64,000 bases of DNA from Vicugna vicugna. Taxonomy: Eukaryota. Position 1 is the stretch's first letter; the number at the start of each line of letters is the position of its first letter. The notes below the pieces were generated by a model. The model saw nothing but the letters and a program-made list of their open reading frames with translations. It had not been told where the DNA came from and searched no databases. Positions 48,881-62,199 of this stretch are shown here, piece after piece. The stretch is taken from assembly GCA_013265495.1 (NCBI GenBank), contig MU058198.1, positions 5,781,779-5,845,778 of the forward strand. Reading direction: 5' to 3'. The translations under genes were made by a program, and so were the position numbers.

Positions 48881-50497
48881 TGAAAGAGATGCACATTAGT
48901 AAGTGTAATCAATGAAGAAACTGCTAAGTGCTTTAGTGTTTATTAGTTAAGCTATTTTAGGTTAAGAAACTGACTCTGGATAATTTAAATTAAAAAAAAA
49001 TTATTGGAAGGATGTTGGGTATACATTATTTCGGATAGGCTAGGTTATGGTGCTATAACAACTATCCCCCAAATTGTTATTTCTAGGTCATGCTGCGTAG
49101 CCCACGTGGGTCAGTAGAGGTTCTACTCTGCACTCACTCAGGGACTCAGGCCAACGGAGGCACCACAAACTCGTAGCCACATCACCTGGAACACGTAGCC
49201 TCCTCCGTGACCGCGCAGAGGGTATCTGGAGACTAGAGATTTGCACAGGGGTTTTTTGACTGCCTCAGCCTGAAAGTGACAGGTGTCATTTCTACTCTAT
49301 TGTCATCGGTCAGAACTAGTCACATCGTCTGCCCTAACTGCTGGGGACTGGAAAATGTAAGGGGAAAATGGAATAATTGGTGATCTTACTGTCTCTGCTA
49401 TAGGAAGTTTCAGAGTCTCAAAGGAAAAGCTGAAGAATCAGCTCTTACATTGAATGGGGATCAGAGCAGCTTGGAGGACCCAGGCAGCAGGAGCTATGGA
49501 GGTGCGGTCAGGCTGTCATTATTTGCAGCTTCTTGTCACGTTTGTCAGGATTCACACTGGAGGGAGAGAGCAGCTGATTGTCCCCATCAGATTTCATGTC
49601 CCACCCAAAACCAAGGTAAGTGGACAACTTGATTGACAGTTCCACCAAAAAGGAAGGAGGACTCATCCATCCAAACAGAATTGGTGCACTGTTACAATGG
49701 AAAGGGAGGGTGAATGCGAGCAAAAACACCTCTCTCTCCAAAGCTGATCCAAATGCCTGAGGATTCAGGGTTGACATAATACAGAAGGTTTCATAGGAAG
49801 AGGTGACATTCAAGATGGGCCTTGAGGATGGGATAAATTTGCTGAGGAGGAAACCAAATCTAGGCAAAGTACAAATGCATCCTCTGCAAGACACAGACGA
49901 GCTGAGTTTAACTAGAAGAGTGATTTTCAGTTACTTTTTCACCCCAACTTACCCGTTTTGTCTTTACTGTGCTTGGCACCAGCTCAGGGGTCACAAGCAG
50001 GTGGGGGCTGGTGAGAATGGCTCACCCCCCATCACGAGTTTAGGGCCTTGGTCCTCGTTGTTGGCTGAGACGCTCACTCCTCCTCCACGTGGCCTCTCCT
50101 GTGGTTAGCTTACACTTCCTCAGGCACAGTGGTCTCAATGCGGTTGGACTGTTCATCCTGTGGCTCAGGGCGCCTCAGGGTATAACAGCAGAATCTTCTG
50201 GGTCGTCTTGGCATAGCATCAGGCCCTCTGCCATCTAAGAGTTAAAGTAGTTCACAGGACCAGTGCAGACTCAGAGTGGGAGAGGACTGTACAGGATATG
50301 GCTCCGGGGAGATGGGATTCCTTGGGGCCATCTTTGGATACCAGTCCCCATGGAAGACAGACTTACTCTAGGGTTTCTGATTCCCAGCCTCCAGCATGAG
50401 ATCTGTGGTGAGAAGTGGGGAACGTTGCAAGAAGGATCAAGGGGGAGCTAGCCTGGAGAGGCATCGAATGCCAGCCTAAAGAATTTAAACTTCTAGA

Positions 50498-50652
50498 GGG
50501 GGAGGGTATAGCCAATGCTTAGCATGCACAAGGTCCTGGGTTCAATCCCTGGTATCTCCTTTAAAAATAAAGAAACATAATTATCTCCCCCCACTGCCAA
50601 ATTTTTTTAAAAAATAGATAATACAATAATTAAATAAGTAAAACATTTTTAA
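50498..50652 (+). mobile_element. vic-1-like SINE with the A box deleted
   Basis: Head lacks the TCAAGTGGTAGAGC segment; exact 14-bp flanking repeat aaagaatttaaact at 50478-50491 and 50653-50666. Confidence 0.85.
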
Positions 50653-51400
50653 AAAGAATTTAAACTGGTCCTGAGGTCTATCTCTTCATGAGCCTTGCTC
50701 CAGGTTTCCCCCGTATGTCTTGCTGGCCAGAACTGAACCCCTTGCTGCTAAGGAGCCTATGGCATGGAGAATCTGTTTAAGAGGATGAGGATGTCTGCTT
50801 GGGCTTTGGTCAGTCACGATTCATTCTCTGGGCATGAGCCATGGCAGCCTGAATGAAGTGGGAGGGCAGAAGGGCCACCATGGTGCTGCGTAGGCTGTGC
50901 TACAGGGGCTGCCGCCAGCAGCAAAAAGCACAGAAGGGTGTTGCTTTAGTTCCGATGAGAGGGTGTTAGGGCCTGGACCAGGGCAGAAGCCGCAGGGAGG
51001 GGGAAATAGGCCAGATGTGAGGATGAATACAGGAGTGGACAGACTGTGGCGGCTAAAGCTGTCATTCATGAGAGAGAAGGGGAAAGAGACAGGCAGACGG
51101 AGGAAAGTTAAAGATGGTGACATCATTTCCAGCTTGCTTAAATGGATGGTGACACCGTTAATTGAGTCTGAGAACACAGAAGGAGCAGTAAATCTGGAGA
51201 AAGACGCTGAGTTTGCTCTTGGGCATTTGGAGTTTGGGAGACAGCAAGGGGGAGATGCGTACAAGGTGTGGGTCGTGAACCACTAAGACATGGGAGGACC
51301 AGCAGGGCCATGATCAACAGAGAGCTGTGCTCAAAACCACACTATCAAATTATGTCTCTGTTTGCACAAGGTCTAAAAGAATGCCATCTTAATACTCATA

Positions 51401-52088
51401 CCTTAAAAAACTAAAAATAGACTTACCCTATGATCCAGCAATCCCACTCCCGGGAATATATCCAGAGAGAACTCTTACTCAAAAAGATACATGCACCCCA
51501 ATGTTCACAGCAGCACTATTTACAATAGCCAAGACATGGAAGCCACCTAAATGTCCATAGACAAATGACTGGATAAAGAAGATGTGGTAAATGTATATAT
51601 ATATATATATATGTATACAATGGAATACTACTGAGGGATAAAAAAATAAAATAATGCCATTTGCAGTAACATGGATGGACCTGGAGATCGTCATTCTAAG
51701 TGAAGTAAGCCAGAAAGAGAAAGAAAAATGGCATATGATATCACTTATATGTGGCATCTAAAAAAACAAGACCTAAATGAACTTAATTACAGAACAGAAA
51801 CAGACTCACAGACTTAGGAAACAAACTTACGGCTACCAGCGGGGAAAGAGGGTGGGAAGGGACAAATTGGGAGTTTGAGATTTGCAGATACTATTGTTTA
51901 TAAAATGAATGAACAGCAAGTTTATACTGTACAGCACAGGAAACTGTATTCAATATCCTGTAGTAACCTATAATGAAAAAGAATATATATATGTAGATGT
52001 ATGACTGAAACATTATGCTGTACATCAGAAATTTGACACAACATTGTAAACTAACTATACTTCAACGAAAAATTTTTAAAAATATGTA
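51401..52088 (+). mobile_element. Young L1, end of ORF2 plus 3' UTR (~690 bp)
   Basis: Classic tatgatccagcaatcccactcc...atgttcacagcagcactatttacaatagccaagacatggaag ORF2 C-terminus, 3' UTR and tail; TSD taata(c/g)tcata. Confidence 0.92.
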
Positions 52089-53439
52089 TAATAGTCATAG
52101 AGGTTCCTTCTGAGAGGAGGGATTGGGCGGCCAGCAGGTAGGACCAAGAGAAAACATTCACTGACCTCACCTGCTTTTGCGCCGTTGAAACTTTGATAAC
52201 GGGCAGGAATCCAATAAGGGAAAAATAAGCTTATAAATGAGCTGAACAGGAAGGAGAATGCTACAGGAAAATGAAGAGGATATGGTGAATGATCCCACTT
52301 AGAGGGCAGGATGGAAAGAAAGAGAAAAAGGTGATTAGAGGGTCGTACCGAGTCTTGTAAATCAACGCAGGAGAACATTTCAGGAAGGATGGGCAGCTGC
52401 AAAGGTGGATGAGGCTGGATGGGAACCAGAAAAAGGAGACTTTTCTGTTTAATGAAGCTGCCATTGTTGACCCTAGAGAGTTCTGTGAGCGTGGAGATGA
52501 AATACAGTCAAATACACAGAACCGTGGTGACATATGGAGAAACACAACAGTTCAAGAGAGCACTGGGGCAGAGAAATGATCTTTCTGGGCTGCAGGAGAT
52601 CAATCATATCCTTAAAATGCACTGCCCCACCACTCCTCGCTTTTGAGCTAATTTTTGGCCTGTCGTAGGACCGACCCCCTCCAAGGAGCGTTCAGTGTTA
52701 CATGAACCAGTGCAAGGCACACGCCAGTTATTCCTGCGACATCCTGCATTACCATGGGACCGGTAGTTGTTGTGGTCAAAATACGTCGTGCATTTGTCTT
52801 TCCCACGAAATTTTCTCTAGCCACAAAATTAACCAGAAACAAGAGAAGCATAACCCCTGCCCCCACCTTTTCTCAGCAACCGAGAGACAGAGTCTCCGAT
52901 ACCAGAGAATGAATAACGTACCAAAACTAATTTAGAAATACCAGCAAAACAAGGGGTGGTAGGTAACGGGTTCTGTGCCAGTCAATGGCCAGCTGAACCC
53001 ACTGTTGCCATTTAGATGAGATGCCCTGGATTAAATGAACGAGGCTGTGTGATAAGACTGAGCGAATACCAAGCCCGAGGAATTTGGATTATTCTCTTGT
53101 AATTGATTTCTCTCTCCCATCCTTTTGTATTTCCTTTTGCTGTGTGTTTACCTGCTATCTCATGGACATACTGCAGAACTGCCCATGAGGCTAACACACG
53201 TATTGGTGGACCAAGAAGCATTACATATCTGTGACCTCGGTTGGCAGCCAGCTCTTGTGCTAATGTGAATCCAGGTCGGGGAATGGGGACTGGAGGGCCA
53301 GGAGTACCCATTGAAAGCCCACTTAACCTGGCCTCAGGAGTCCAGGATTTCCACCCTGGCACTGCCACTTCCTTTCAACAGTTACTAAGTGTAAATTTCT
53401 GTAGTAATGTATTCAACAGAATACTTTCAGATGCTAATA

Positions 53440-53885
53440 CTAAATACCGAAGCCTTCATAAAAAGGACATTTTGGATCTAACTTAATAAAGTGTCTAAGA
53501 TATGAGTTTCCAAGGTTGGGGCAGCAACTCAACAATGTCATCAAGGCCCCTGACCCTTGTATCTTTCTGCTCTGATATTTTCAGCACGTTGACTTTTACC
53601 CTTAGCTCTGCCTCCTGGTCATAAGATGGCTGCGACAGCTCCAAGCATCACCTCCCTCCATGACAGTGTCCATGGTCTCGTCTCTCTGTTTTTCAGTCAG
53701 AGAGGAAAATCTTTCCCGGAAGCCTCTTGCACCCTTCTATTCAAGTCCAGTTGCCCAAGACTGGGGCACATGTCTGTGCCCCAGGTGCAAGCAGGGCTGA
53801 GAAAGTGAGTACTTTGTATTTTCAGTATAGTGCTAAAAAAAAGGAGCTGGGAATCACTGTTGGGTAGGCAACCACACATCCATAA
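53440..53885. mobile_element. Old MaLR LTR (MLT1K/L-like); similar MLT1 remnants at ~7850-8225, 49020-49400, 49950-50330, 60300-60735 and 63560-64000
   Basis: caactcaacaatgtcatcaagg...aagatggctgc..cagctccaagcatcac...gaggaaaatctttccc.gaagcc...gggtaggcaacc. Confidence 0.6.
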
Positions 53886-55968
53886 CAAGTAACAATAATG
53901 AGAATAACAAGTGATAATAGCAGCTTATATTAATTGATCTATTGGTACATGACAGGCACGGTTCTAAGGAGTTCAAATGAATTATCTTTGTTTATCCCAA
54001 TGAAATTGCCATGAGATTGATCCCATTTTACTGAGGCTCAAAGAGGTTTAAAAAACTTGCCCTTGTCACACAATTAGAAAGCCCACTCTTGGGCTTTTGG
54101 AGACCAAGGTCAATGAGACAGTTCTTGATCTCAGAAGACTCAGAGAGAAAGGTTCAGTCCAGGCAACAAATCACTGCAACATGGTGAGGTAAGTGCTGAT
54201 AGATGTATAACAGGGTGTGAGTTAGTAAGAAACTGTCTGGCCTCAGCATCCCCCCTCCCCACCCTCAGCAAGCAAGACCGCTCTGTGATTCCAGTGAAAA
54301 CTCCCAGGGAGGAAGGGATCAGAGGGAAGAAACTGGGGGAGATGGGCAGGAGCAGGGAGTTCCTCAAACTGGGAATAGAAGAGGGAATCTGGGCATTGTG
54401 GGGTTGTGTGACAATGCCATGCTGTCTCACGGTGCTCAGGGAGGAGACAGGACCCCAGCAGGGATGACTATGTGATGCTCTGAGGGGAAGCTTCACGCAG
54501 CCACTGCCAGACACTCATGCTCAAGCTGGGAAGGAGCAGAGAGGCTACCCACCTTCCAAGGGATGCCAGAACTGGACAATAGCCTCCCGGTGGCGCCTTT
54601 TAGATCAGTACCCAAAGGTCTCTCCCTGTGTCTGCACTTCATACAAAATCTCCACCCGCTGTTTTACCCTGGAGGCAGGGAGAGTCTTCAGCAACTACTT
54701 AGAGTGATTTATTAGACCCTAAAGCATAAGAGCTTGGCAACAGACAATTTTATTTGGAATAGCAAATTTCTGAGGCATTTCGTACATCCAAAGAGAAAGC
54801 CAGCCTGACTTTACAGCTGCATGTGCAGAGGGAAAGGCAGAAAAAGGAATCACCACTGCTGCCATAAGAGGAGGAATCCAAGAAAATCTCCACAGAGGAG
54901 GCACAGGTTAAGCAGGGGTACTGCAGGGTGAATAGGAGTTTACCTGGGGGGCAAGAGAGGGAAAAGATCTATGCAAAGGCAAAGAGGTATGAAAGACATT
55001 GCTCCTCCTTGGAACTGTGAGTATTTTGAGCAGTAGGCAAATGGCACAGATGTCAGGGAATGGACCTGGGAAAGAAGACACTGGGGTTTTATCCTGAGCT
55101 CCAAGACCATGGGTAGGAAAGCCCAGCTCTTAAAATTGCAGAAATGAGTTTGAATGAGAGGCTTCCAAACTTGTTCTTTAAGTAACAGAACATTTTTTTC
55201 TATACGTTGAAATGAACTGTAACTCCAATACACAAATCAGATATGATAGGGATAAATTTTTCCTTGACTGCAATTGTCTTGAAGGTAAGAATCACGATTT
55301 TACTAATGAATTAAGCCCGACCCTGTGTGCCCAGTGACCAGGCTGGTGAGAAAGCTAATTTCTGTTTTAATGCGAGAACCCCTTCCTATCCAGAGTTAAA
55401 TGAAGATCCAAGGTCCAAGATCCAGCCCAGATGGTTGTTGAGGGTCTTGTGGTTTTCACCCACACGGACGGCTTCCAGAATGTTCACTGCCCTCTGCTGT
55501 CACCCCAAGCTGGCTCCCTGATGCAGGACACAGGATCTTTTCCCTGATCCAGCTTCCCTTGGGGACCCAAGGCAGCCATTTCCCTCTGAACCGGGCACAG
55601 GCCCCAGCTAACTCTCCAGGACCTCCAGTGAGCCCTGGTCCCAGAGTGGGGAATCGGCCGAATTCGGCCCACTTCTGGAGGCCCCAGTACCTCTGGCCCT
55701 CTCAGGTTAAAGTTCAAGTGCCTTCACCTGGTCTAAAGCAGTGTTTTTCAAACTGAAGGTCATGGCCCATCAATAGCTTATAAAATCAATTTTGTGGGTC
55801 ATGACCTCTAATGCTTTAATGATTACATTTATTATTTATTATTATCTAAGATATGAAGGGTGAAATGACTCACTAGTTTCCAGTTAATTGTTTGTTTCGG
55901 TCATGCATACATTTATTTATTTTTATCAACCACCTAAATCTTTTTGATGTTTTTTGGCCGAACATCTG

Positions 55969-56032
55969 ATTTTTTTTTTTATTGTAATTGACTGACAATG
56001 TTGTGCTAGTTTCTGGTGTACAGTATAGTTCA
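55969..56032 (-). mobile_element. Short L1 3' tail, reverse orientation
   Basis: Poly-T followed by gacaatgttgtgctagtttctggtgtacagtata, the reverse complement of the L1 tail. Confidence 0.7.
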
Positions 56033-56102
56033 AACGAAAGCTGAAAGAGTTGTACTGTGGATACACATATTCCTACCATCTAGGTTCTACCATTAATAGA
56101 TA

Positions 56103-56248
56103 AATATTTTTAATAATTATGTATTTAGTCTTTTGGGGGGCAGGTAATGAGGTTTATTTCTTTATTTTTAGAGAAAGTACTGGGGATTGAACCCAGGACC
56201 TTCTACATGCTAAGCATGTGCTCTACCACTTGAGCTATAACCTCTCCC
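56103..56248 (-). mobile_element. vic-1-like SINE, reverse orientation
   Basis: Reverse complement of the SINE head at 56175-56248; TSD ctac(ca/ag)ttaatagata on both sides. Confidence 0.88.
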
Positions 56249-56319
56249 TACAGTTAATAGATATTTAAGAAATTTTTTTAGATTAAAAGATAATTTACTG
56301 AGAAAAAGAGGCAAAAACA

Positions 56320-59200
56320 AACAAAACAAATTTTGTAGTACAATTTACTTACAGTGAGATTCACTGACTTGTGTACAGTTCTATGAGTTTTGACAAACAC
56401 AGTTGAGAAGCCACCACCACAATCATGAATCAGAGTAATGCCTTCAATCCAAAAATATTCTCTCCTGTCCCTTTGCAGTGACCCTTCTTCCTACCCCTGG
56501 CCCCCGGCAACCACTGGTCTATTTTCTCTCCCTAGAGTTTGTCCTATAAACAGAGTCATCCAGTAGGTTGCATATTGAGTCTGGCTTCTTTCATAATGCA
56601 TAATGCTGTGGAGATTTTCCCGTAATGTTTTGTGTATCAGAAGATTCTTTAGTTTTATGGTAGAATAGCATTCCACCATATGGCTGTACTGAGGTTCATT
56701 TATCCATGCGCCAGCTGGGGGACATCTGGGTTGTTGCAGTTGTGGGGCAATTACAAATATAGAGTTGCTGTAAACATTTGCACAGATTTTTGTGTAAACC
56801 TGAGTTTTCATTTCTCTAGGATGAATATCTCAAAGTAGAAAACTGAGTCGTATAGTAAACATGTTTTACTTTATCAGAAACTGCCAAACTATTTTCCAAA
56901 TGACTGTATCATTTTGCATCCCCACCAGCAATGGATGAGAATTCCAGGTGTTTCCAATTTGGTATTGTGATAGAGTTACAATTTTTTAATATAAAATTTT
57001 ATATTTTAAAAATTTGAGCCATTCTAATGTGTGTGTTGAGGTATCTCATTGTAATTTTAATTTGCAATTCCCTAATGACTAATGATGCTGAAACTCTTCA
57101 TATGCTTATTTGCTCAATGTCGACATTTACTGGTAAAATAGCTGTGCGAGTTTTTTGCTCATTTTTAAAAACTGGGCTGTTTTTATTGAGTTTTTAGAGT
57201 TCTTTATGTATGACAGCTACAAGTCCTTAATTAGGTATGTGATTGGCAAGTATTTTCTCACAGTCTGTGGCTTGCCTCTATTTCCTTAGTAGTATCTTCT
57301 GAGGAGCAGAAGTGTTTTAATTATAATGAAGCACGATTCATCAGTTGTTTCCTTTTTGTCTTACGTTAACATTTTTAACCACTTTATTGAGCTATAAACC
57401 ATTCAATTCAGCCGTTTGAAGTGTACAGTTTAAGCGCTTTAGTATATTCACAGATTTGTGCAATCTTCACCGCAGTCAATTTTAGAACATTTTCATTACC
57501 CCGAGCAGAAACCCTGTGCTCCTTAACCATCAGTCTCCTGCTCTCTCATTCCCATCTCCACCCCTGGGCAACCCTACTTTCTGTCTCTAGATTTGTCTGT
57601 TTTGGACAACCTACATATACTAAACAGAATCACACAACATATGATCCTTCACAGCCACTTCCTTCACTTGGTACAATATTTTCAAGGTTTGTCCATGTGG
57701 TAGCATGTATCAGTACTTCATTTCTTTTTATTCCCAAATAATACTCAGGTCTATGGATTGCCACATTTTAACTACCCAGTATCAGCTGAAGAACATTTGT
57801 GTTGTTTTCACCTTTTGGCAATTGTGAAGAACGCTGCCGTGTACAAGTTTTTATATAGACACATGTCTTCATTCTCCTGATTATATACCTGGGAGTGGAA
57901 TTGCTGGATCCTAAACCGCCAGTTTTCCAAGGAGGCTGCACCATTTTACATCCCCACCAGCAAGTGTATGAGGGTTCCGATTTCTCTGCATCTTCGCAGA
58001 CACTTGCTTCTGTCTGCCTTTTTGCTAGTAGCCATCCCAGTGGGTGTGAAGCAGTATCTCATTGTGGTTTTGATTTGCATCTCCCTGATGATGTTCAACA
58101 TCTTTTCATGTGCTCTTGGCTACTTGTGTATCTTCTTTGGAGAACTGTCTTTTGCCCGTTTTTAAATTGGGTCATTTGTATCCTTCTTACTGAATTGTAA
58201 TAGTTGTTTACTTATTCTAGATACATGTCTCTTATCAAATATGTGATTTGCAATAATTTTCAGTTCTGTGGATCGTCTCTTCACTTTCTTAATGGTACCC
58301 TTTAAAGCATGAGAGCTTTTAAGTTTGATGACTTCAAATGTTCTTATTTCTTTTGTTGATTGTGCTTTTTTGTGTGTTATAGCTCAGAAACCGTTGCTTA
58401 ATTCAAGGTCAGGAAGATTTACATCTGGGTATTCTTCTAAAAGTTCTATAGTTTAGTTCTTACATTTAGGTCCTAGATCCATTTTGAGTTAATTTTCATA
58501 TATGATGTGAGCTAAGGCTCCCACTTCATTCTTTTGTATGAGACTATCCAGTTATGCTAGCACCATGTGCTACAAAGCCTGCTCTTTCCTCATTGAATGG
58601 TCTTGACACACATTAACAGTTTATTATATTTGCTTTATTGCATATCTGTAAATATTTCCACTTCTCTATCCATCCACTGATCTATTGTATCTTTTGATGC
58701 ATTTCAAAAAGTGAGTTGCAGACAGCAGGATACTTTCTCCTAATACTCATTGCACACATATCATTAACTATAGTTCAGTATTTGTCCACATTTTTTTTCT
58801 GTTTGATGTAACATTTATGTACAATGAAACACACACATTTTAAGTGTACCATTTGATGAGTTTTGACAAATGCATTCACCTGTACGATGCAAATTCCCTC
58901 TCAAGATATAGAACATCAACACCACCCCAGAAAGTTCCCTCCCTTGCATTTATTTTTATGTACTTATTTTTGACAAATGCATATGCCCATGTAACCACCA
59001 CCCTAATCAAGATATAGAATGTTTCCATCTCCTAAGAAAGTTCTCTTTCACTTCTTTGCTTTTAACCTTGCACCACCCCATCCGTACCCTAGACAGCCAC
59101 TGATCTCATTTATACCACTGTAGATTAGTTTTGCCTGTTACAGAATTTCATGTAAATTAAATCACCCGATGTGGAGTATTTTGTGATCAGCTTATTTCGT
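56320..59200 (-). mobile_element. Stack of nested L1MB/L1MC 3' fragments
   Basis: T-rich strand with repeated L1 3' ends (56320-57350, 57380-58610, 58790-59200), e.g. cattttgcatccccaccagcaatg and tatctcattgtggttttgatttgcat. Confidence 0.8.
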
Positions 59201-59273
59201 CCCTGACCAACATTCGAAAAACAAAATAGAACAGAATAGAAAATATCAGAATAACAAAAGAAAAAATGCTCAT

Positions 59274-59277
<4 letters not shown>

Positions 59278-59316
<39 letters not shown>
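59278..59316. repeat. (TG)n microsatellite, ~19 units
   Basis: Uninterrupted GT run. Confidence 0.98.
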
Positions 59317-59317
<1 letters not shown>

Positions 59318-62199
59318 TTGTATCGGGCCAAAATGGAAAATGCATTTCTTACTATGGGTTGTAATCAAAAAGATTTAAAAGCTACTGTTCTCTGGATCAG
59401 GCCCCTGGGTTTCTTTTCTACCTGTCTTGTCACTTTTCTGCTCCCTCAGCTTCCTTGATCGCATATCAGTTACCCCAGTGACTGGTCTCACCTTCATACC
59501 TTTACAGATTCTGTTCCTCCCCTTCAGTCACTCTCCCCACCTCGTCCCACTGATGCGCAAACTGGAGAACTCCTATTCACCCATCAGATGCAAGATGGTT
59601 GGCCCTTCCTCTAGAAGACATTTTCTGTTTGCATGCTTCCCTCTCAGAACTGATATTATGTTGTACCCTAATTACTTGGTTACTCTTTCCTCTAGCTGAC
59701 CACCAGATCCGTGGGGACAGGGACCATATCTTAGTCACCTTTGCAGTCCCTAGCTCTGGGGATGTGATGACACATAACAGGCATCAATACATATTCATTG
59801 AATGAATGAATGAACCCCAGGGTTCTGGGTGACAGGGTTTTAAATAAACAAGCTACATTTTTCCCAAGCCCCCATTCCTGTGTATTTTTTGTCCTATATG
59901 TCTCTGATTTCTTGACCATCATGTTTTATAACCTCCCTCAATCACCCTGAGACCTTAGTCTTTTTACTTTCCTCCCTCCACGCCCAGTGCGACTGTTTCA
60001 TCACTGTGACTTCCTCCCAGACATGCAGAGGCAAACAACTGTTATATGAGGATGATACTGTATTCTTATCTTTATGGCCTTTGTCCCAGAACTGCTCCTC
60101 CTGCCCCCATCTTGGCCAAGTGATATTAATTCTGTGACTGTGGCTATGGGAGCAGGTAAGTATGGTGTGAATGCACACGTACCTGGAGAGATGGTCACCC
60201 AAATGTCATCAGTGACTGCCTCTGAGATTTCAGATGATTTTCACTTAATTTTTTATACTTTTTCTGCATGGCTTCAGCTTGCTAGTTGAGAACAATGTTA
60301 ATTACCTACTGCTGTGATAATACTGCCGGAGCTCTCAGTGGCCTGCAGCTCTAAGCGTTTACTGTCACACTCAGTGGTCGGCCACGGGGCTCTGCTGATC
60401 TTGGCTGGGCTCTTTCAGGCTGGCTGGTGTCTGATCTAGACTGACCTCAGCCAGGACCACTGAGGCATCTCTGCTCCGCATTATCTCTTACCCTTAGGGG
60501 TCGAGCCCAGCCCCGAGACGCCTGCATGATGAGGGCAGAAGTGCAAGTAAGCCCAATCTTGGAAGTGAATTTCAAGCTTCAGCCCCCATCACATCTGTTA
60601 ACATCCTGTTGGCCAAAACAAGTCATGTGGCTGAGCTCAGCATCCAAGTGGGAGACACTTACAAGGTACAGGGCAAGAAGGGTGGGTACAGGGAGGCGTA
60701 AAGAGCCGGGACCATCGTGGCAATCTCCTACAAAATCTCCATCATTGCAATGTCCTATCTTTGTAATTAGAAAAAATAGTAAAGCTGGTTTCAAGCAAGA
60801 TGGCTGCCAGAGCTTCAGTCCTACATCCTCCAGGAGGTACAGGTTAGAGACACTTATGAAGAGGGCAGGTGAGTATTTCAGCAACCCAGAAAAATCTCAG
60901 AGAGTCTCTTTGGCTCTGATGGGTCACATGTCCATCTCTGACCAAATCACTAAGGCTAAGGGACCACAGTGTTCTGATTGGCCACTCCTCAGTGACCACT
61001 TCTACCTGATTTACATGTAATGAGAGCTGGGGAGAATGGTTCATTAGAGGAATATCAGGGATGCTACAGGAGGTGGCTGAGTCCGATTAGATTGTCACAA
61101 AAGTCCCTGAGACTGGGGGGCTGGCTGGAGTGCAATTCATGTGCAGGTGAGGTGATCGCAGAGGGCGCTGCGAGTGAGAGGAGGGGCAGGAAGCCACTGC
61201 AGGAGCATTCATGAGCAGATTAATGCTGGGGGTGGGGCACTCAGTCTCTCTGGGACCTCTGGGAGACTGTGCGGAACCTGCTTCAGGGCTGTTCCCCCAC
61301 CAGCCACATACCCTGAGAAGTGAGGGAACTGGGGTATTTATCCAACAATTCCAGTCATCACTGGCTGAGACCTGCCCCTGTGGATGTTAACTCTCTGTCA
61401 CATCTGCCTGCCTTCCGCACGGGTCAGATTGACTCCTGTGTCCAGAGAACGTCCTGGGGCAGAGTCACAGGTGCTTGCAGTGAGAAGATGGGACTGGTAA
61501 GTGAGAGGATATGCGCGTGGCATCGACGTTGTCTACTACAGTGGGAAGAACAAGTCACGGTGCTAACCAGTTGTCAGGACATTGGCTCATTTTGGTCTGG
61601 GTCCTGCCCTCAAGGCAAGGAAGCCCATAGATACAGCCTCCAAATAGATCCCAGAGAAGAAGTATAGCAGAGTGGTTAAGGGCACAGGCTGTGGAGTAAG
61701 GGGCATATGGGGTGTGGTCAGTATTTACCACTTGCTTGCTGCAAGTTACTTAACCTCTCTGAGCCTCAATTTCCTCATCTAGAAGATGGGACTCTATGGG
61801 GGGTTTTGAAGATTAAATGAGGCAATTGATAATATGGCACTGGGCACTTGTTTTCCAAGAAAAACAAATGAGTCCATTCTAGAGAAATGACATTTCCCAA
61901 GAGGTACGTCCTAGTGTCCCAAAGAAGAAGAGGGAAGACCTAACAAGGGGTAAGCTGAGTTAAAGACCGAAGACCTGGGAGGCACTAAAGGACCAGCAAA
62001 GGATGCCACCAAGAACAAATAGCACTGATTGTGCAGAGGCTGCAAGAGACCTAATGGAAAAGTCTGCAAACAGGAGGCCACTCCGTTTAGGAAATGCACT
62101 CCAGGAAGGTGGGGAGCCCACTGCCTGGTGGGAGGGTCTTCTGAGAGCCCTGTGATCAAATTACCTTCTAAAGACCGGAAACCTGCTTCCTTCAAACCC

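Larger units (their letters stand above)
55739..59387. mobile_element. MER112-like hAT element split in two (55739-55806 and ~59204-59387) by nested L1/SINE insertions
   Basis: Left end cagtgtttttcaaactg...aaatcaattt.gtgggtcatgacc; right part aatagaacagaatagaaaatatcaga...atttcttactatgggtt...aaaagctactg. Confidence 0.6.

Noticed and set aside
56988..57005. 18-bp perfect AT palindrome aatataaaattttatatt
   Set aside because: Low-complexity AT sequence inside an old L1; likely chance or slippage.
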